In this document: positions 10,547-18,400 of the stretch, piece by piece | Numbering within the stretch: position 1 is the first letter of the stretch | Layout: each line of letters starts with the position of its first letter | Origin: Macrostomum lignano | Lineage: Eukaryota | Direction: 5' to 3' | DNA: 23,908 nt | Assembly (NCBI GenBank): GCA_002269645.1 | Contig: NIVC01005168.1 | Span: 1 to 23,908, forward strand | Notes under the pieces: model-generated | What the model was told of the DNA's origin: nothing | What the model saw: the letters and a program-made list of their open reading frames with translations, nothing else | Database searches by the model: none | Translations under genes and position numbers: made by a program

Positions 10547-10937
10547 GTCCTCGGATCGGTCCTATAATACTTTGATTGGTCCTCGGATCGGTCCTATAAT
10601 ACTTTGATAGGTCCTCGGATTGGTCCTATAATACTTTGATAGGTCCTCGGATTGGTCCTATAATACTTTGATTGGTCCTCGGATTGGTCCTATAATACTT
10701 TGATTGGTCCTCGGATTGGTCCTATAATACTTTGATTGGTCCTCGGATTGGTCCTATAATACTTTGATTGGTCCTCGGATTGGTCCTATAATACTTTGAT
10801 AGGTCCTCGGATCGGTCCTATAATACTTTGATAGGTCCTCGGATTGGTCCTATAATACTTTGATTGGTCCTCGGATTGGTCCTATAATACTTTGATTGGT
10901 CCTCGGATTGGTCCTATAATACTTTGATACGTCCTAG
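10547..10937. repeat. Minisatellite, 32-bp unit, ~12 copies
   Basis: Unit ggtcctcggattggtcctataatactttgatt (period 32: 10561 to 10593). Confidence 0.97.
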
Positions 10938-11699
10938 GCTACACAATTTGAAGCAAGTCTTCCTACTGTTTTTAGTGATATTTACACGTGTCACACACTT
11001 TAGAAGCGTCTGTATTAATCATAGCAACTTTACTAACGATACCTCCTACGAGCGTATTGTGCTTTAATGGATCAGATTAACAGCTATATGTAGCATGTAT
11101 GCTATGGTAGGTAAATTAGCTTTATTAATACTCTCCGCCAGGTCAGTATTACTTGTCCCTTGGCTAGACCTCTCCTGCCTTTGTATTTTTAGTGATTTTT
11201 CGCAATTTTTACAGTAAATACTTAGTTGCACTAGCCATTTGTACTATTAGCATGCACCGTACTTTGCTCTTTAACTGACCACTGCTGATGGCTTTTGTCC
11301 CCGAGGTCTTGTACCTATCTAGTGTCTTTAATTGGCCTAACTTTTTTTCACTGACAGCCTTGACACCCTTTATCTCCACCGCCAGCGTACACTGCTCATC
11401 TTTTTATTTGTTTGTTTAAATTTATTACTTTAATAAAATGAAAATACAGACTTGTCAGAATCTGTAGTTACATTGCTGGTGTCCGATTGAAGCTTTTCCA
11501 GTGTAAAAGTTCTGCTGTGTTGCCAGAATTGCTTAATGTTTAGCGCGCTTATTAACGTGCAGCGTCACTGATGATTGGGGTTCGCATATCCGAGGAGGCA
11601 GGGCGTCGCCACCGGGGGGACATGCCATTGCTTTGTCCTATCCACTCCATCTTGTGACCCGTTATGGAAATCAATAATTTTGCTACAGAGCGACAAAAT

Positions 11700-12292
11700 A
11701 TAGCGCCTGCGGCATCAAAATGAGTGTCTGCGGCGCCAAAATGAGTGCCTGCGATGCTAAACTGAGTGTCTGCGGCGCCAAAATGAGTGTCTGCGATGCT
11801 AAACTGAGTGTCTGCGATGCTAAACTGAGTGTCTGAGACGCTAAAATGAGTGTCTGAGACGCTAAAATGAGTGTCTGCGGCGCCAAAATGAGTGTCTGCG
11901 ATGCTAAACTGAGTGTCTGCGACGCCAAAATGAGTGTCTGCGATGCTAAACTGAGTGTCTGCGGCGCCAAAATGAGTGTCTGCGATGCTAAACTGAGTGT
12001 CTGCGATGCTAAACTGAGTGTCTGCGATGCTAAACTGAGTGTCTGAGACGCTAAAATGAGTGTCTGCGACGCCAAAATGAGTGTCTGCGATGCTAAACTG
12101 AGTGTCTGCGATGCTAAACTGAGTGTCTGAGACGCTAAAATGAGTGTCTGCGGCGCCAAAATGAGTCTGAGACGCTAAAATGAGTGTCTGTGGCGCTAAA
12201 ATGAGTGTCTGCGACGCTAAAATGAGTGTCTGCGGCGCCAAAATGAGTGCCTGCGGCGCCAAAATGAGTGCCTGCGGCGCCAAAATAAGCGC
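11700..12292. repeat. Minisatellite, 21-bp unit, ~28 copies
   Basis: Variants aaaatgagtgtctgcggcgcc and aaactgagtgtctgcgatgct. It explains ORFs 11552-12301 and 11683-12159. Confidence 0.96.
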
Positions 12293-12318
12293 TGACAACA
12301 CCGATTCTAGAAGTAATG

Positions 12319-12543
12319 TATGCTCAACAACATTAAAATGTCGCCACCTTTGAGAGTGGGCAGTGAATTCTAGCTCAGTATTGACTTTTGAGTGACGCGA
12401 CGCAGAGTTGGGCTGGGTGAGAAGGGATTGTGAAGAGTGGAGGGCTTTTTATTATCAAAATGGTTGGCCAGGTGATAGACGCTGGTCGAAAGACACTGCT
12501 CACTGGGGCAAAGGGTGGCGACTATTCAATGTTGCTGAGTGTA
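12319..12543. mobile_element. MITE (copy 2, opposite orientation to copy 1), same family
   Basis: TIRs ta-tgctcaacaacattaaaatgtcgccac and gtggcgactattcaatgttgctgagtg-ta. Its reverse complement shares the subterminal gtcgccacyctwtgcsccagtgagca and the internal gcgtcact..aaag and agaatt..cactctcaaa blocks with copy 1. Confidence 0.8.
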
Positions 12544-12546
12544 CAT

Positions 12547-14477
12547 GCCTTGACATCTCAGTAATTCCCCTTGAGCCTTGACATCTCAGTAATTCCCCAG
12601 GAGCCTTGACATCTCAGTAATTCCCCATGAGCCTTGACATCTCAGTAATTCCCCTTGAGCCTTGACATCTCAGTAATTCCCCAGGAGCCTTGACATCTCA
12701 GTAATTCCCCTTGAGCCTTGACATCTCAGTAATTCCCCAGGAGCCTTGACATCTCAGTAATTCCCCATGAGCCTTCACATCTCAGTAATTCCCCAGGAGC
12801 CTTCACATCTCAGTAATTCCCCCGTGAGCCTTCACATCTCAGTAATTCCCCCGTAGGCCTTCACATCTCAGTAATTCCCCCGTGAGCCTTCACATCTCAG
12901 TAATTCCCCAGGAGCCTTCACATCTCAGTAATTCCCCCGTGAGCCTTCACATCTCAGTAATTCCCCGTGAGCCTTCACATCTCAGTAATTCCCCAGGAGC
13001 CTTCACATCTCAGTAATTCCCCGTGAGCCTTCACATCTCAGTAATTCCCCAGGAGCCTTCACATCTCAGTAATTCCCCGTGAGCCTTCACATCTCAGTAA
13101 TTCCCCAGGAGCCTTGACATCTCAGTAATTCCCCAGGAGCCTTGACATCTCCGTAATTCCCCCGTGAGCCTTGACATCTCAGTAATTCCCCATGAGCCTT
13201 GACATCTCACTGATCTTAGTACTTCCCCCGTGAGCCTTGACATCTCAGTAATTCACCCGTGAGCCTTGACATCTCAGTAAGTCCTCCGTGAGCCTTGACA
13301 TCTCAGTAATTCCCCATGAGCCTTGACATCTCAGTAATTCACCCGTAAGCCTTGACATCTCAGTAATTCCTCCGTGAGCCTTGACATCTCAGTAATTCCC
13401 CATGAGCCTTGACATCTCAGTAATTCCCCCGTGAGCCTTCACATCTCAGTAATTCCCCAGGAGCCTTCACATCTCAGTAATTCCCCCGTGAGCCTTCACA
13501 TCTCAGTAATTCCCCCGTAGGCCTTCACATCTCAGTAATTCCCCCGTGAGCCTTCACATCTCAGTAATTCCCCAGGAGCCTTCACATCTCAGTAATTCCC
13601 CCGTGAGCCTTCACATCTCAGTAATTCCCCCGTGAGCCTTCACATCTCAGTAATTCCCCAGGAGCCTTCACATCTCAGTAATTCCCCCGTGAGCCTTCAC
13701 ATCTCAGTAATTCCCCAGGAGCCTTCACATCTCAGTAATTCCCCCGTGAGCCTTCACATCTCAGTAATTCCCCAGGAGCCTTGACATCTCAGTAATTCCC
13801 CAGGAGCCTTGACATCTCCGTAATTCCCCCGTGAGCCTTGACATCTCAGTAATTCCCCATGAGCCTTGACATCTCACTGATCTCAGTACTTCCCCCGTGA
13901 GCCTTGACATCTCAGTAATTCACCCGTGAGCCTTGACATCTCAGTAAGTCCTCCGTGAGCCTTGACATCTCAGTAATTCCCCATGAGCCTTGACATCTCA
14001 GTAATTCACCCGTAAGCCTTGACATCTCAGTAATTCCTCCGTGAGCCTTGACATCTCAGTAATTCCCCATGAGCCTTGACATCTCAGTAATTCCCCCGTG
14101 AGCCTTCACATCTCAGTAATTCCCCAGGAGCCTTCACATCTCAGTAATTCCCCCGTGAGCCTTCACATCTCAGTAATTCCCCCGTGAGCCTTCACATCTC
14201 AGTAATTCCCCCGTGAGCCTTCACATCTCAGTAATTCCCCAGGAGCCTTCACATCTCAGTAATTCCCCGTGAGCCTTCACATCTCAGTAATTCCCCCGTG
14301 AGCCTTCACATCTCAGTAATTCCCCCGTAAGTCTTCACATCTCAGTAATTCCCCAGGAGCCTTCACATCTCAGTAATTCCCCAGGAGCCTTCACATCTCA
14401 GTAATTCCCCAGGAGCCTTGACATCTCAGTAATTCCCCAGGAGCCTTGACATCTCAGTAATTCCCCAGGAGCCTTGA
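12547..14477. repeat. Minisatellite, 28-29-bp unit, ~1.9 kb, with a ~667-bp higher-order repeat
   Basis: Unit gagcctt(g/c)acatctcagtaattcccc(ag/cgt/at). Rare variants recur at 664-667-bp spacing. Confidence 0.97.
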
Positions 14478-15159
14478 ACTGACAGTACATGTATATTTTT
14501 CAAGAGCTTGCATAATATTTATTCATTGGGAAAAAACTATATAAGTGTAGTGCAGCGCATTACGCGACCCTAGCCCAGCTGTCAAACATTATTAGGATTT
14601 ATTTTCAAAGCAATTTCTCTGGCCAGAATAATGATTAGCATCGAATTGTAACAGAATATTTGCGTGTCCCTGTGCGTCCCGAAAGTGCACCGAGTACTAA
14701 ACACTTGATCCCTTGGATTTCGGGGAGTTTAGTGATCTTTGCGTGGGAGAAAGTGAACCGCATTGAACAGCTCGTATTAAATTTCTAATCGATAGTTATG
14801 CGAGGTTTGCCTGCTAATTAGCCGCTGTTCTACCTGTAATTTTCACCATCTAGAAAGAGCAGACAGTTCTCAAATATACAGTTACGGGAGCTTGAGTTCC
14901 ATTGGCAATTAGTGGTTGTCGATGTGCCGAGAATATAAAGTACCAAATTTCTAGCCCATTTTGACACCGCAAACCCAGCGAATCCCGGATGGAACTGGAT
15001 TTGATATTTGTCTCGCTTATAGATAGAATCAATTTTCTCTTATCGGATATTTATCCTGTCGTGAGGGTATATATAGGCATTAAAACACGCTGGCAACCAC
15101 TAGCAAGGAGTGCAGTACTTTGCCTTGTTGCCACAAATTAGTCATTCTATACCATCCCA

Positions 15160-15403
15160 ATGAGATCGCCTTTGCTGCTGGTAATTGTATCGCTTCTTCT
15201 ACTAGGAGAAGCCGCAGAAATTGCCCGGGCTCTGCGCCTCGCCGTGCTGGCTGAGCCGGGGCTGCTGCAGCCGGGTCTGGTGCAGCGAGTCGTCGACAGG
15301 CGGGTCAACCAGAACCCGCTGCTGTTCCCCGGCCTCGGCGAGTCCAACCCGCTCACCTGCCAGCTCGTGTCCGCTGACGACTCCGTCTTGGCTGTGCAAC
15401 AGA
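15160..15403 (+). CDS. iGluR exon 1 (signal peptide and start of ATD)
   Basis: MRSPLLLVIVSLLLLGEAAEIARA hydrophobic leader; phase-1 donor CAGA|GTGAGA. Confidence 0.85.
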
Positions 15404-18400
15404 GTGAGACATCTATGCTGTTGTTTATCTATGGCCAGTGCATCAATGCACTCTGTTTATCAATGGCCAGTGCATTGGTGCACTCTGTTTATCTATGGCC
15501 AGTGCATCAATGCACTCTGTTTATCTATGGCCAGTGCATTAGTGCACTCTGTTTATCTATGGCCAGTGCATCAATGCACTCTGTTTATCTATGGCCAGTG
15601 CATTGGTGCACTCTGTTTATCTATGGCCAGTGCATCAGTGCACTCTGTTTATCTATGGCCAGTGAATTAGTGCATTCTGATTATCTGTGGCCAGTGCATC
15701 AGTGCATTCTGTTTATCTATGGCCAGTGCATCAGTGCACTCTATCTATCTATGGCCAGTGCATCAGTGCACTCTGTTTATCTATGGCCAGTGCATCAGTG
15801 CACTCTGTTTATCTATGGCCAGTGCATCAGTGCATTCTGTTTATCTATGGCCAGTGCATCAGTGCACTCTGTTTATCTATGGCCAGTGTATCAGTGCACT
15901 CTGTTTATCTATGGCCAGTGCATCAGTGCACTCTGTTTATCTATGGCCAGTGCATCAATGCACTCTGTTTATCTATGGCCAGTGAATTGGTGCACTCAGT
16001 TCATATGGCCAGTGCATCAATGCACTTTGTTTATCTATGGCCAGTGTATCAGTGCACTCTGTTTATCTATGGCCAGTGCATCAGTGCATTCTGTTTATCT
16101 ATGGCCAGTGAATCAGTGCATTCTGTTTATCTATGGCCAGTGCATCAGTGCATTCTGTTTATCTATGGCCAGTGAATCAGTGCACTCTGTTTATCTATGT
16201 CTACTGCATCAGTGCACTCTGTTTATCTATGGCCAGTGCATCAGTGCACTCTAATACACTAGCTGTAAAACAAAAACATTCAAATCCTATACTTAAATAA
16301 TTACCTTGCAGTCTGTCGGTCCAGCGGATTCCACGGCCTCGTGGCAGTCGGCAGCTGCTCTCTGGGCAGCTCGGTGCACCGGCTGGCCAAGTCCTTGCGA
16401 GTGCCCGCCATTTTTGTGCCAGCGGGGGAGCTGTGCCTACTGGACACTGCTGAGTCTGGTATGTGAGCTGTGCCTGCTGCATGGACACTGCTGAGTCTGG
16501 TATGTGAGCTGTGCCAGCTGGACACTGCAGAGTCTGGTATGTGAGCTGTGCCAGCTGGACACTGCAGAGTCTGGTATGTGAGCTGTGCCAGCTGGACACT
16601 GCAGAGTCTGGTATGTGAGCTGTGCCTGCTGGACACTGCAGAGTCTGGTATGTGAGCTGTGCCTGCTGGACACTGCAGAGTCTGGTATGTGAGCTGTGCC
16701 TGCTGCTGGACACTGCAGAGTCTGGTATGTGAGCTGTGCGTGAGCTGTGCGTGAGCTGTGCGTGAGCTGTGCGTGAGCTGTGCGTGAGCTGTGCGTGAGC
16801 TGTGCGTGAGCTGTGCGTGAGCTGTGCGTGAGCTGTGCGTGAGCTGTGCGTGAGCTGTGCGTGAGCTGTGCGTGAGCTGTGCGTGAGCTGTGCGTGAGCT
16901 GTGCGTGAGCTGTGCGTGAGCTGTGCGTGAGCTGTTGTCCAACTCATTCATCCTGCAGAGTTTGCTTTTGTTGGCGATGATCACCCTAGCAGACTTTTGT
17001 CTGCAGTCGTCGCCCTGCTGAAGTCGCACTCAGCCAGCCTCGTGTCCGTGTTCTATGACAGTCACCAGGGTATGCGGCTGCTCTAAAATTGCCTTTTGTT
17101 ATAATAGACTTAAACCATTGCTAATTGATACGTCGTAAACGACAAACTTCAGATGAGAGCCAGATGCAGTCGCTCCAGTCGCAGCTGTCAGCCTCAGGCA
17201 TTGCGGCTGTCAGCTTTCAAACTGATGCTCCAACGTCAAACATATCGAGAATTCTGGCTGACTCCATTAAAAAGAAAATCCGATTCAATCTGATCTTTGC
17301 CAGGCCCGATGCTGTCTACAGTCTGATAAGACAGGTGCTGTTTCACACTAGCTTTCAATTTCCAAATTTTTGGCCTTTATATTTTGATTGCGAAGCAAAT
17401 TTTGCAGGCGGTTCAAGCGGAGGCAGTGCAGGCCCACTACTACTGGCTGGCTCTGGACGAGGGGCTGCGGCCGAACCAGCTGCTGCGGCTGCTGCCACCC
17501 AACGTGTCGGCCAACGTCATGCTGGTCCGCGGCTCGAGTCACGGCCTGCTGGATCCGCAGCGGCTGCGGCTGAGCGGCGGCTGTCCCGACGCTCTGCGAG
17601 CCGTCATGGGCGACTCGTGCGACCCAGGAGCTGTCAGCGTGAGCATCTGAGCATTCTCATTGAGCCTTGGCATCTGAGCATTCTCATTGAGTCTTGGCAT
17701 CTGAGCATTCTCATTGAGCCTTGGCATCTGAGCATTCTCATTGAGTCTTGGCATCTGAGCATTCTCATTGAGCCTCGGCATCTGAGCATTCTCATTGAGT
17801 CTTGGCATCTGAGCATTCTCATTGAGCCTTGGCATTCCGGCCATTGTGACCCGTGGTGGGCAAGCCATTGTGACCCGTGGTGGGCAAGCCATTGTGACCC
17901 GTGGTGGGCAAGCCATTGTGACCCGTGGTGGGCAAGCCATTGTGACCCGTGGTGGGCAAGCCATTGTGACCCACGTGGGCAAGCCATTGTGACCCGTGGT
18001 GGGCAAGCCATTGGGACCCGTGGTGGGCAAGCCATTGTGACCCACGTGGGCAAGCCATTGTGACCCGTGGTGGGCAAGCCATTGGGACCCGTGGTGGGCA
18101 AGCCATTGGGACCCGTGGTGGGCAAGCCATTGTGACCCGTGGTGGGCAAGCCATTGTGACCCGTGGTGGGCAAGCCATTGTGACCCGTGGTGGGCAAGCC
18201 ATTGTGACCCGTGGTGGGCAAGCCATTGTGACCCGTGGTGGGCAAGCCATTGGGACCCGTGGTGGGCAAGCCATTGGGACCCGTGGTGGGCAAGCCATTG
18301 GGACCCGTGGTGGGCAAGCCATTGTGACCCGTGGTGGGCAAGCCATTGTGACCCGTGGTGGGCAAGCCATTGTGACCCCTCAGCCTCCGTAGCTGCAGAT

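Noticed and set aside
11537-12300. Possible inverted ends (gcgcttatt / aataagcgc) around the 21-bp array
   Set aside because: Only ~9 bp of perfect match and no clear target-site duplication.
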